A stretch of 59,772 nucleotides of DNA, filler included, from Sphacelaria rigidula (taxonomy: Eukaryota): NCBI GenBank assembly GCA_964200075.2. It is 6 parts of 6 records of this genome, joined end to end, with 100 filler letters (N's around TTAATTAATTAA, not from the genome) between each part and the next. Parts side by side here need not be neighbours in the genome. Positions count along the whole stretch, not along the records: positions 19,959 to 29,837 come from CAXNAA020007567.1; positions 29,938 to 39,816 come from CAXNAA020007568.1; 4 more parts are not named here. The stretch is one strand, 5' to 3'. The stretch's first letter is position 1; every line of letters begins with the position of its first letter. The position numbers were made by a program, and so were the translations under genes. Positions 22,481 through 35,700 of the stretch are shown piece by piece. The notes beneath the pieces are model-generated. The model searched no databases and was not told the DNA's origin. It worked only from the letters and a program-made list of their open reading frames with translations.

Positions 22481-25400
22481 AGCAGACTGTGAGATACCGG
22501 CCCGACCCCCAATCCCTCTCACTCTCGAATATCTGAAGTTGCTTCCAGCTTCTTGTACTGCCTTGATTGCATTGCATATATTGCATCATGTAGATCATGG
22601 TTGCCTTGTTCGGCATTTCCCGCCACGTTGTCTAAATCGAAACGATTATTACACACCGCCCTTCCCAGGGTTGTCCAATCGTCACAGTTATGTTTTAGGA
22701 TTATCCATCAATTTTTACCCTACAAACACAACACTTCAGTACTACTGTCTGTACTGCCGTGCTGTTGTACCGTGTAAATGCATGTATATCGGGTGCGCGG
22801 GAGTCCCCCACAGCCTATACGTATCGTCTGCACTCGTACAGTACCGTAGTGCACTAAAATATTGCTGTACTGAATGTTGAATGTTTTCCCTCTCGGACAA
22901 GGTAATATCGAAGTCTGTGCCGTATGAACATCTTGAGACACAACATATACACGAGTAGTACAACCAGTATTCCGTACCACTTGCCGATTTACCACCCTCG
23001 TCCTGGTTCATGCACAGTACTACACTGTACTGCTTCGTGATCATCGCCCATCGATGGATGGGCGAACGACCAGCAGTATCAGCCTGCTGCCCGGAATACC
23101 CACTATCTCCAAGTTTCTCACACGCTACCTGTTTGGTCTACATGTTGTGTGCAACCAAGAGTTCGCACAGGTTATTTCCAGAGAGTCCTGTCTGTATATG
23201 ATATACACGGAGCCCAGGGGCCACATGCTCTAATTCATCAAACAAAAAGCCGACACACACGAACTATAATTACGGTATGTTGTCCTCTTCATCCATGTAG
23301 GCTGAGGCAGAAGAGAACCATGAAAACAGGACGTCGAGAATAATAAATACGAGCTGGGAGTCCAGGCGAGATGAGATGGACATGGAGTGAGGGGAATCAG
23401 GCGTTGTACACGAACCCTCTCAGCAGCCCCGCCAAAGAGTCGTTGTGCCACCCGTCACCAGGCGGAGAACGGATCTGTTATGCACGTAAGTCTGTGGGTG
23501 CAGCTGACGTATCACTCTGTGTGAGCTCGGCCAACCTAAACTCACATCCCACTAGCACACGATAAGCTTCTCAGTATCCTAAATTAACTCAGCGGCGTCA
23601 TTCACTGGACTTTTCTTCAAGACTTTATCGACGTTTTCGGAGATTTTCCGTATTTCTCGAGAAAAATTGGTGGAATAAGGTCCAACTCCAAATTTAGATA
23701 GTTGTACTTCTAGACTTCGATGGGAAATCTGTTGTCACATTTCCCACGGAGGATTTTCTTTCCTCCGGGAAAATCGGAAAAGCCTGGGAAAAAACAGTCA
23801 CTTCTACCCTTCGAGCCCCAGCCTTGGCCATCTGAAGAATCAGCATCAATTTCATCTGAATGCTTATAATCGTTCATGGCCAGATGATTTACCCTCGTAT
23901 TCAAATGGTGTGTGACAATCCTGTCCTACAGTGCAGTCTGTACTCAGTAGACCCAATATGTACGATCGAGACTACAAATGCGGGAAGAGGAACAAGCGTC
24001 CAATAACAGCATGTTGATTAGTCACCTCAACCATAGACCCACCCCACGATCAATCAATTAGTGGCTTTTGGATCCTGGTTCCTTAACGCTTTTTTGGGGT
24101 CTGAAAAGACACGCCGTAGTAACGCTTGAAAACGGGTCGTGCAGAGTTGGTCACGTGACAAACCGTGCTTCAACCTGGCCCAGCTCGCAACAGCAACGTT
24201 TGTCCTGGTTCGGTGAGACTCCTTCCGTGTCTTACACAGACAACAGTGTGATGTATGATGCAGATGAACTGCTCTCGCAGTCTAAAAGTCAAGTGCTGAC
24301 ACGGAGATTCGGATCTTTAGTGGGGCTTATAGTCCCAAGTGCTCCCTGGATACATGACTTGTTTTTTCTATTAATCGGCGTCGCAGGCGCCGATTCGAAG
24401 TATGCCAACCCACACTTTGCCTGATGCTATTGCATCCTCTTCCCCTGAGGATTCTCGATATGTTCTGGTTGGGTATGGAGGCTGGGGTCAGGGTGAGCGT
24501 TGTTTCCGAAAATATCTGAACCTTGGGTATAATGTCGCCGACCTGAGATGAACCCACCTCATCTGTACAACAGATACTGCTGTGCTGTTGTACTCTAGCT
24601 ATGATGACTTTTGTTGTGCCGTGGTGGGAGTATCACACTCCCACCTGCCGTGGGTTGTCGACCCCTACACCGGCACGAACAGTTCAGACAGCCCTTTCAG
24701 CACACACAACCCTTATATGACATCATACATGTATAACCACACTGCACAAGTACACGTTAGCCCTTTGATAGCGGAAGTGGACAGTCGGTTGAAGTCGGCG
24801 TATTCTTCACTCTCAAAGATGAAATTGAGACGCAAATATCGCACCGCTCAAACGTTCATGTTACGGTTTCGAGCATTTGGCCGCCGGTGTGGCTGGCTAC
24901 AATTGCCCTCGGTTGCGGCCGTGGGGTAAAGTCTCCGCGGCCACGCCCCAGGGGCTTGCAGGAACACAGGTTACGTTGACGCACAGTTCTGGCCGAGGAC
25001 ATCGTTTTATTAACTCGAGCGTCTAAACTGCCGCACGCACCATCTAGCCTTCCCCATGCCCCCGGTAGGATCAAATTGCACCCCACGAAGGCACGGCTGG
25101 AGGCAGGCTATAGTTTGTCATGATTTATGAGACTCCGAACAGAATTATTTTGGAATCTATCCGCACCAACCTGACGTTATTTCATCGGCCCGATGTCGTC
25201 ATGGATATGCACTGCCTAACTAACGGGTTGAAATCCCCCCAGGGTATTTTATTCATCTGTACGCTGTACATTGTGGTTTTGTACTAACTTTTTGCTGTAC
25301 TGAAGCGTTGTTTATGTCGTTGTCAATTTAGCAGTACCCCACGCTACCGTAAGGTACTGAGGCAAAACCTCATTACTTGACTCCGAGATCGCGAGGGTAG

Positions 25401-27422
25401 TCCGCCTGAATTATGCTTACTTTTCAACTAAAAATCATGTGGATTCAACAGATGAACTACTCTCACACTCTAAAGGTCAACCCTTAGACCACAAGCATTG
25501 CCTCGCAACACTCGTACAGGCTGACAGTCCCGAGACATTCGGGGGTTTCCAGGGCTTACCGGGGGGCGGTTTTCGAGGGTGTGTGTCTCAAAAGGTCATT
25601 GAGTCAATCATGTGTGTTTGGAGGTTTCTCGCGGAAAATTATGAGCCGTGCACGAGGCCCGAGTGGCGCGGGATGACCATTCTGATCAATCACGGTCGTC
25701 GAAATGAGCACGTTTGTTCCGGTAGAGACAGACAGGTGGTGGACACATTCGCTGTCTACGCTCGGTCATCATTTTGATCATGCCAAATCAACCATAGATT
25801 ATACAACCAAAAAGCAGGTGTTAAAGCATCTTCGGTACACTGTCTGATAATTACCGCCTGGGCGTCCTACTAGCTCCACACCTCCATCTGGTATAAAACG
25901 CCATGGTGCAACACGCGAGCGGCGGCCACTAGTATCCTACGCACGTAGACGTAGACAAAGACTCCGACGGTGAGGCGACTGCTATCGCCGAGCAATTGCT
26001 CCACGGTAGTCAGGGGCGTTCGCGGCGGTAGTCATGGTGCGATATCCAAACGCACGCTGCTTACACTCGGCACGTTCAACTCTGTGAGATCCAGTACGCT
26101 GCAGACTGCACGTGCAACCTTGGCACGATACACCACAGACTGCACAGAAAAAAAAGGATGCGTGATAATCGGGTGGTGGACAACCACACGTCTGTGTTCT
26201 GACTCTCACAACTACGCGCCTTTCATCCACTCCCGGTCCCTCCCGCCGTAGAGAAGGCGTTTTGAGTTGTGACAAGGGAATGCACCCCAAAAGTGGAGTG
26301 TCTACCAGCGGGGGGGTCGCTGTCTAAGGGTTAACACAATCGCTGTACAGATTCCGTGACAAAGTCGCTGTTTGTATCGTGGCCCTTTTTTGGTTCATGA
26401 TGAGAACCGAATATTCTGGTGAGAGCGGGTGCACCAGTCAGTGAGGGTATCGTGAAGACAAGGCGTCATCCTGCGTGTTCGGTGAATTTATCGTCGATGT
26501 TGGAGCCCAATGAATGCGAGGGTGCTTCACGATTTACGCCATCATCGTGTTATTTTCTTCAATTCCTCTACCTTCACCCAAGAATACGACCTATGTAGCC
26601 TCTGTTCCGAGTACCCTACTGTCCCGAACAGTACATGCGCACGGCAGCAATTTGAGTGATTCGATAGTTGATTGTCGCAAATGTATTGATCTCCGGAGGG
26701 CCCAGCCTTGGTGACAAGAGAGACGTGCGAGTACCCAAGTCGCTGTTTCTGTTGATTACATTGATGTCCGATTATTACTGCTATCAAGGTATTTGTATTT
26801 TTGAAGGTCGAGCAATTTCCAGAAAAATACCGGGTACAACACCTCCCCTCCCCCCCAACTTCCCGAGCCAATGATGGGGGTTTCCGCCTTGTGACGATCT
26901 GCTGTCCCAAACGAATGAAAATTTTTCAAATTATCCCTCTGTAGCACTGGGTCCATGTTTTTCAGAGGATTTTTTTCACTGCTTCTGGAGAAGAGGATAT
27001 GTTTCATCTAAACATTCGTGTGCTATTAGTCAAGATGCTCGCAATTCAACATGGTTAACGACAGTCAACCGTACTGTTGTACTGTGGTCGGGTCGCTGTG
27101 TGTACGTGTGTGATTTTCCGACGTAAATCTGACATTGGAACAAGATCTTGGCATGTGTACTTGACCTACAGTACCGTACTGACTGTTCTGGTGATGCTCT
27201 CCCAAACGAGTGCTGTACTCTTGTACCGTGACCCTGTATGTATGTCGTGATGACGCATCCACCGTTCAGCACGTACGGTAAGTACCCCCCGCCGTCCGGA
27301 AAAACGTTGAGGGTCTGCCGAGGTACGACGTACAGTGCTTGACAAGTCGGACCTGCTGCTAGTACTACTGCTACTGTTGCATTCACTCCGTACGGTTGAA
27401 CGTTATGGGTCTGCCGAGTTAA

Positions 27423-27520
27423 CCCTTAGACCGCGAGGTTAGTCTTCTGTTGAATCGGCATCAATTTCAAGTGAAGAAAAGTATGCATGATCCAGAAAGA
27501 GTAATCTCGCGGTTCAAGGG
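27423..27520. mobile_element. 98-bp piggyBac-like MITE
   Basis: TTAA|CCCTTAGACCGCGAGGTTAGTCTTCTG ... CAGAAAGAGTAATCTCGCGGTTCAAGGG|TCAA. It has CCC/GGG termini, a ~27-bp imperfect TIR and TTAA/TCAA flanks. Confidence 0.65.
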
Positions 27521-30500
27521 TCAAGACTTGAAGCGTTTCATATGGGGGAACTGCTGACATAATAGTACCAGTACCAATAATGTATAGTATAAGTACTCGT
27601 ATAATATTCATTCTGGGTTTTTCTGCCAGTGTTCCATTTATTCTGTACGGTTGTGGTGGAACAAGGGGAGCAGCACAGTGGGCTTCATTGCGGTTGAATG
27701 AATACAGCGAAAAATTCTACGACAGTTACGCCTGGTCAACAGGGAACTGTAACCCTTACGCCCCGCTTCGGGCCTCCTCAATGGACGTTAACTTCATTGC
27801 AAGCGGTGGGGTGCTGGGGGAGCCACCGGGCGAAGAAGTGAGCAGTCGTTTTAGAAGCAGTAGACATGAACGCATGAGGGTGTCTGCCCACCCCTCGAGG
27901 ACACACGCACAGCCATCACACAGCACCCCCTCGCACACGTAACACATGAGGGGCAAGTCTACGGAACAACACGACTCAGTACACTTTACCACAACTATCT
28001 CACTCGCCGTTATGTGGGGTATTCAAGATCCACCAGCCAGGAAAGCAGCAGCCGAATGGTTTCAGGTGCTGATTTTCAATGTATTGCGCCTCGCACCCTG
28101 TATCCTCTGCGCAAGCCTCTCGCTTTTGTGTCTCGAAATGTGTCTGCTTTTTCTCTTGCACTCAAAGTATTAATGAATTGATTTGATGGGTACATCTGTG
28201 AAACTGCGAAAGCGTTCCTTTGGCCTCCCCCTCCACCCCTCCCTGCCTGGGTTTGGTCGAAACAGCTTGATGCGTGCTGGTGGTGGTGATGTTACCACAA
28301 TATCTTCGGAGCTGTTTGGCGTTGAGGTGTGAATATCCCCTTGAGCTGGAGCAAACTGTACATGTATGACACGATGACGTTCAGAAGTCATCCTCGGTCA
28401 GTATTACTCGCGTGTCTGAGAGTATGTCATGTCCCCTGTTGGACGCGTAATACGTGGACTCCGCTACTGTGCTACGGCTTTGTGCGGATAGACTCGAAAT
28501 GACAACAAGGGGGCGACTTGTCCTCTTCTGACGTTGTCGGAGGGGTGCGAACATGTAGGAGGGAAAAAATTGCGGGTGGATTGGAGCCATATTATCATAG
28601 TTGATAACGGGTAACAGTAATCGGTTCATGCTGGTCTGTCTTGGTTCGGATTCTAATGGTTGAATACCCTGTCGTTTATCCTCTGATCCCCTTCACCACT
28701 ACGGTTAGTGATCTGTTCATCCGGTATCATCTGCATTTGGTACGACGGGGAAATCGTGCCGATTTGACAAATCGCCTACGCCGACGGTGGAAGGGTCAAT
28801 CCAGATTCTATTCCTAGGCAGACCGAAAACCCTTGAGCGAAGTGTGCTTCGTTCTAGCTGGAAAGCCCCAATTCGAGCACCGGATGCGTGCTGAGCACGC
28901 TGCGCTCGGCTAGCGGTTGGTGCTGAAACCCCCTAACGATCTGATTGTGATGGCCGACACCGGAACGAAGTATTATGTCAACCATCGGATGTTGGAGCAA
29001 GACAGGGACAAGCTGACTCGCGGTGGTTTCGTTCGTTTGCCCGCAGCCACTGGCATCTTTTGTGTCGGACATTATATAAGTATCCCCACGACCCTCTGCT
29101 GTTGCGCATTGCAACGAATATGGCGGGAGTGTGTCATGGCCAAGGATGACGAATATGATCACCTGCCCTCAACCTGTCTGTCGAGTTCTGCTAATGTTGT
29201 GTCGACTATGTACACCTGTCCGATGTTATGGCAGCCGTGCGTGAGGGGTGTTTGTTTGTTGGAGCAGCTGTGAGCGGAGGTTAGCGCGCCACTGCTGGCT
29301 GAGTTGACGTTTCGATCGTTTTACCTAACCCTAACCCTAACCCCATATTGATTGTTGGTTGGGATACATCCTCTGATTGACAAAGAATCCCAAGACAAAT
29401 TTTTAAATATAAGAAAATACGAAATAAAAACCCATCCACCAGTGCAACTCAAACATGGGGTGTTGGTGGGGATTTACTCATGATCTTGCATACCAGAGTC
29501 ATGAAACCGTTGAACTCGCATCTCCACAAAGCCGGGACGGAGCACGCCAGGTTTTCGCCGGATCAAGCTCGCAATCAGTCACCAAGCGCGAAGCGCCGTG
29601 GTGTGCTCGGCGAGTCGCATGAAGGGTGAACCGCATCCTGCTGAGATTGTTCGGCCCGAAGCGCACTGATTATTTTGCATGTGAACTACAGCCTCTAATG
29701 ACTTGCCTCATGTTCTGGTGTCGGCACTTCCAGAGACGGCCACGGCTTATGCGCTGCCTCATGGGTGTCTCACCTTGTAGACACTACGCGTTACGATAAT
29801 ATCCTTTGAACATGAAGTGGGGGGGGGGGGGGGGGGGNNNNNNNNNNNNNNNNNNNNNNNNNNNNNNNNNNNNNNNNNNNNTTAATTAATTAANNNNNNN
29901 NNNNNNNNNNNNNNNNNNNNNNNNNNNNNNNNNNNNNCGGCCCAATTCGTTTCCGGTGATGAGATATTGCTCTGCCAGGTTAAATCCGTTTCTGGGCTGG
30001 CCCAGCTCGTAGTGCACCAAGAGTTTCCACCCACTGATCTGAAGCGAGTTATCCGGAGGAACAATATCATCTCAACACCGAGCACTCTCAGACTTGAAGA
30101 TATGTACAATGTTCATCGTACATCTTACATGAGCCAGGTCGTTGTTTTTACGTGACGCATGTATTTTTGATTGATATGATTCGCCTGATTTCGGTCCAGT
30201 TCTTGCGCATAGAGCGTTCGTGATCCATTTTCACGGAATTTAGTACCCAAAATCGGGCCCCAGTCCTACCCATAACAGTGGCAGAGGCGCTAACGGTGGT
30301 GACATGACTTTGCTTCCCAGATGCAATGCTCTTGGCTGGGGGTGTCGACCTGGAGTTCCTCATCGCACATGTGTGGTAAGTGGTGTACGGTGTATGACTC
30401 TAGTGTGTAGTGGTTATTTTTCGTGTGAACAGGTGAGGTGCGGCGAAACCATCGTTATATGCGCGCCAAGGATTTCTAGTCTGGGGACAACATGATGTCG

Positions 30501-32063
30501 CATGATATTCGCGTCCATATCCGACTTATGTTGGGTATGGTTGGGCAAAATATATCATATTTGGGGCATATATGCCGGAATATGCGCACGTATTAAGTAA
30601 TTTTTTTCTCGCATAAGATTGGCCAGAAAATCTCCAAGTTAAAGCCGAAAACACACGCTTGGAGAGTACAAATATCCTACAGGCTGGTTCACGCAAAATA
30701 TCCAAAATTCAGTCATCAGCAAATGCCTCCTGCAATACGCACCCACTAACCGCATACATGGTATCATACTGACCGCAATGAACAAAGAGGGTACCATAGC
30801 CAGCTTTTTGTTCAGGGCTATAGCGGTGGCGCTATAAACGGAGATGTGTCTCGACCAATCAGCGCCTTTCAAATTGTTTCTAGATTGAAAATACGAATTC
30901 CAAGCCCAGTTTTCACCGAATCTCCAGATGCTTCAAATCGCAGTGATTGTCATAACCTCAAAAATTCAGCAGAAACAGATTTGAAAACGGTTTCAACGGG
31001 ATTGAATCACACCGCTTTCGGTGATATGAAATTTGGCGCCGTCGAGTTTCCACTCATGATACGTAGGAAAGACTCTAGGAGCCTCGTGACGATTTTTCCT
31101 ATCTCAGTTGTAGAAAAGCTCAGGTCATCCTCAAACTCGGCAGTTCCGGAGAAAATGATGCTCCGAATGAAAAATTGTATTCTTGGCAAGAGTTCAAAGT
31201 TTCTCCGCTCTCTATCGGCTTCCGGGGGTCTCAGTACAAAGACCCCGGGAGGCGGTACAAAATGACTTGAAAGAAAAAATAATAACATGATGCGTGCCGG
31301 GGAAGTCCAAGGAACACATGTACGAAGTTCGGTGAAGGTAGTCGGAAATCTTAAACCGTTCTCCTTGCTTTGACGTGAAATTCACCCAAAAAATCGTGTT
31401 CATACGAAAACCAAGTAATTGGGAGTTTGCACTTCCTGCGCTCACATCCTCGCACAAACGCCATCTAAACGCAGTTATTAGGAATTAGACCCCGGACCTT
31501 TGCACAAATGTGCTATTAATCATTACGCACGTTCCGATTAGCGGGGTTTTCCTAATCCCCGATTTCTTTACCGTCTTTCGGGGGCCCAACGGAATTCGGG
31601 TCGTTCTTCGAAGTCGTCCATCTTGGGACCCCGGAAAACCGGTTCTACGATCTCTTTTGAATTATTTTCGCGAACGCTGTCACCGCAAAACCCAAGGAAA
31701 GACCCCACGAAGTTTCGTGGCCAAACTCGATTAACTCGTGCTTGAATTTTCATGTTTACGTGAACGAAGGCCCAAATGTGCCATTTTCATGTCATAGTTT
31801 GCCGTTCTCCCGTAGCACGGTAACATTCATCGCACAAACGCAAAAAGCTTCACGCCGTTTCAAGGAGTTAGACCATGAAATTCAGCACTGGTGTTGTATG
31901 GCTCAATACGAAACTTTGGATGAACGAGATTTTTTTTCAGTTTTAACCCTATCACGGGAGTCCACAAAAACGTGACACCAGTGTCCGAGAAGCAAAATAT
32001 AGCTGATGACCCAAACTAGTCCCCTCAGCAAAAAGTGATATTCGGGTACTGTAGCTCATGACT

Positions 32064-32427
32064 GAGTTCACCACTCGGTAGTTGACAAATAATTCTCGGA
32101 AATTTGTGGTTTGCGCAGGTGCTGGTGCATTTCGAACACAACACTAACCCTAACCCTAACCCCGACCCCAACGAAGACATGACCGAGAACCCTCGGGCAA
32201 GGGGGGTGCAGTGTGTTCCCTAGGCGAAGTGTACGTTGCTAGACCTCGAATCGGCGACTCAGGCGCGGATTTAGACAAAAATGCGTTTCGCGCACGCTGG
32301 GAGTACGCCAGAGGCATAGCCCCCTCCAAAGATCCGTGTTTCGGTTTTCACACTAAAATTCAATACGAACATGTCCACAAACTGGAAATTTCCGAGAACT
32401 ATCTGTCAACTACCGAGTGGTGAACTC
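32064..32427. mobile_element. TIR element (GAG...CTC termini, 42-bp TIR) carrying internal CCCTAA repeats
   Basis: GAGTTCACCACTCGGTAGTTGACAAATAATTCTCGGAAATTT at 32064-32105 and its inverse (2 mismatches) at 32386-32427. No clear TSD. Confidence 0.8.
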
Positions 32428-32496
32428 TACGGAGCTCATGGGCTGTCCGATGCGCGAGACTCCACCTTTTGGCGTCAAGCCATGCCTACAAAAAGT

Positions 32497-32791
32497 CAAG
32501 GGTAGGTCGAGTAGAGTATACTCAAATTGCGGGGTATTTTGAAAGTCGTACTTGAAGTACACAAATCGAGTGATTTGTGACGGTTTAAGAGACAACCAAC
32601 TAGACTACTGACCAGTCAGCGCTGCTGGTCAGTAGTCTAGTTGGTTGTCTCTTAAACCGTCACAGATTTCAGGAATCGCTTGCCAGCTATTTTTTGGGTA
32701 CAACTCTCAACACTCTACCCTAGCTTCAGTACCCCAAGTACATATTTCAAATTACCTCGCAATTGAGTATGCTTTACTCGACCTGCCCTTG
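32497..32791. mobile_element. MITE with CAAGG...CCTTG termini, ~65-bp imperfect TIRs and 7-bp TSD (P-superfamily-like)
   Basis: Left end CAAGGGTAGGTCGAGTAGAGTATACTCAAATTGCGGGGTATTTTGAAA; right-end reverse complement CAAGGGCAGGTCGAGTAAAGCATACTCAATTGCGAGGTAATTTGAAA. AAAAAGT flanks both sides (32490-32496 and 32792-32798). Confidence 0.85.
32576..32664. repeat. Loopless palindrome, copy 2 (nested in the 32497-32791 MITE)
   Basis: Near-identical to 3482-3571 on a different contig. It has a 1-nt deletion near the centre and a compensatory C:G to T:A change. Confidence 0.97.
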
Positions 32792-35700
32792 AAAAAGTCA
32801 TCATCCAAGAACGTGCGGGACTGTTGAACAAGATGTCGGAATACACAAGGTATCGAGATTGAGAGGGTCAGCACTCCGATGGCAACATTTCCGGGACTTT
32901 GTGCTGCATGAACTCTGGCAACAGCCGGGCATCGGCATTACGATCAGTGAAGTTTGTGCGGTGGAAGCACCATTATGTAATATTATATCCACGGCTGTTT
33001 TGCAGAATGATTCGAGTGAAACTCGCGAAATTCGGCTAATAACCTTGACGTATTAAACGAGAATGCAATTGGTGAAAATATTTTTCGGAACGTACCGGAC
33101 TGTTTGGAACAAGGCTTGATACCCTGCCGGACCATATAGGAATGCGTGCTACACATTTAGGTGTGGTTCAGTTTGCCGACTAAGAATCCCTCACCTTCGT
33201 GTATGCCCTACAGAATACAGCCTAGACAATTTTTACCGTCGGACCATACCTCGATCGCAGCAACGTTGGCCTTGAGGCTCAAAAGCTCAGCCTTCTCCTC
33301 CCCTTCGTACTTCGCCAAAAGCTTTGCCCTGTTACCCCAAATTTACCGAAAAGAATCCGCGCATCGAGATACATCAAGTCAGGGGAAACGACGGCCGTGT
33401 ATCAGAAGCTTGCAACGGACGAAATGAATCTGCAAGTCGAGCTATTTCAACAGACCCTGCGACCAACAAATGTCGAACCGACCCTGTTATGTACGGCGTG
33501 GAGGTCAACGGCGATATCATATATATATTGTTCTGGATGGAAGACCAGGGGTGAAAAGTGAGGCAAGGTTCAGAGTTCGCATCCGAAAAATGGCAGGGCG
33601 CTTCACGTGTACCTGGCAGAGTTGTTTTGTTTGGAGCACACCACACCCTGGACTATGTATTCGTTGGTCAAACCGTGTACTGCGTGAAGTATGGATTCTT
33701 TTGTCTGTTGCAACAGACGCAATGGTCGATACTGTACGCAATACACTTTTTGACTTGTGTAATTGATTGTCCCGGGTGTGAAATCAACATGGTCAACATT
33801 GGGGAAGTACCTCATGCACCTCTAGTATATCCGATACAGAAGTCACTGTAACAGCGCGGTGCGTTAGTGACGACTACCAGCCAAGATGAGATTGCGTTCA
33901 TCCCCAGCGTAATATATGAAAAGATACGTCCACCCCGGTTATTCAAGTTCACGCGGTGTATCGGTCCCCAAGTAAATCAAGCCCCAACATTTTCGATCGT
34001 GGCCAACGGAAGTGTCTTTGTTGAAGCGATGTTGTCGTCATCTCTTCCGGTGAACTATACTTTATGGCAAAGCGTGGCTTCGTGTACAGGAAAAACGCAG
34101 TGCTGCGATATTGCTCGGGGTAATATCCTCCTTAATATACAGTATGTTGCGCAGGCTCTCTGGGGAAGGGAACACCGATAGTTCTCACACATCTCGAGAT
34201 GACAGCAAGTGGCATTGTAGTATCCTCAAGAAATGTCTACACGGAACGAAGATCTCGATTATTTTCTTCACCAAGTTGCTTTACGAGTTGATCATCATCC
34301 AAGATACCGGATATTGGGCTTTCTCCCCCGGCTTGGTTACTTTACTGGGATCTTTACCTACGGTAAGCTCTTCTCCCGCGCGACCTTGGCTATGGGCTTT
34401 TGAACTAACACAGGTAAGGCCGTGCATGCGCACCGTGGGTGACGATGCACGCCACCTCCTGCATACCAACCTTGGGGGATGATTTTTCCGGTCATTAAAC
34501 CCCAGTAGAAATCTCCTCCATTCGGCGACCCACATGTATGGGTGAAATATACTTGTGGTGTCATGTCTCGTGTTCTCACCACATACGCCTTCCTGTTTTC
34601 TCGACGCCCGAGGAGCGGATGGGCTGAATAATGAAGACGATGAAACACAGCACAGCTAATGAGGGAAACTTGTTGAGGGAAGGTTTCATATACCACGTGG
34701 GGTAAAAACGCCTCGACAGGTACTGAAGGGCCGCTCTCGTCGAACCGGACAAATCTTATTTGTTCCACGGTAGTACAAACGCTACCTTATTGTGTGTCTC
34801 GATGTATTCCGGTTACAAAATGTGCAACTACCATGGAGGGGCATACAGGACAGAAGATGACGTACAACACAGTACAGCGAAGCGGCGGAATTTTGAGCAC
34901 TGCAGCGGCAAGGTTGTTAGCTCCGTGCTGTCCGTGGTTGCCTCTGTACGTGGCGTCTTGTCTCCATTCTTTTAGAACGGAAAAAAATGTGATGTTGGTT
35001 AAAAGCGTCCGCTAGTACATGTGGTCAACAGCTGACAGCCAACTACAGCCGACGCAGCACCACAAGCCACACCACATAAGTCCAGTGGAGTAGTGGAGTG
35101 AATGACTGATACAGAGGATTGGCGGGGATCACGCACCCTGCGCGCAAGCAATCATGTATCAAGACGGGCGCGCGCTCACCCACGAGTGTTTTCGACAGGG
35201 CGCTTTCTTCATGTGACTTCACGTGGCATGCACGGTTACCACCGCACCGCTTCTTCTTATACTACGCCTCGGGTTCTGAAAGAGCTTGTTTCACTTTCTA
35301 CTCTCGTGTAGTCTGAGACTTGTTCTTTGCGAATTTCAAATTCACGGAGCTTGCTCGGGAGTGTACAGGTTCTCCACATTTGAAGAGAATCGGTGCTGCA
35401 GAGCATTAGGAAGCGTCGCCCGGAAGGGGGTGTTATAAGGCGTCACTTACGGTACAGCAGGACACTCGAAACGACCTGAGAAACGATACTGACGCGAACA
35501 CTAGCGGGTGAACGGAGACCGCGATTTTGTTTATGCCTAACGAATTACCGCAGACATGCACTCAGCACAGCGAACTGCATGGGAGATATGCATCTCAATT
35601 GCAAGCTATACAGCCATAATAGCCGATGAACGTGAGGCTAAATCAACAATGCGCCAGTAAATGGCTTCGGTGTGTGCCCAAGTTCCTGTCTACGATTTGA

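Noticed and set aside
28917..29273. Copia-type aspartic protease (IVMADTGTKYYV)
   Set aside because: A single DTG-like motif with no flanking gag, integrase, RT or LTR evidence.
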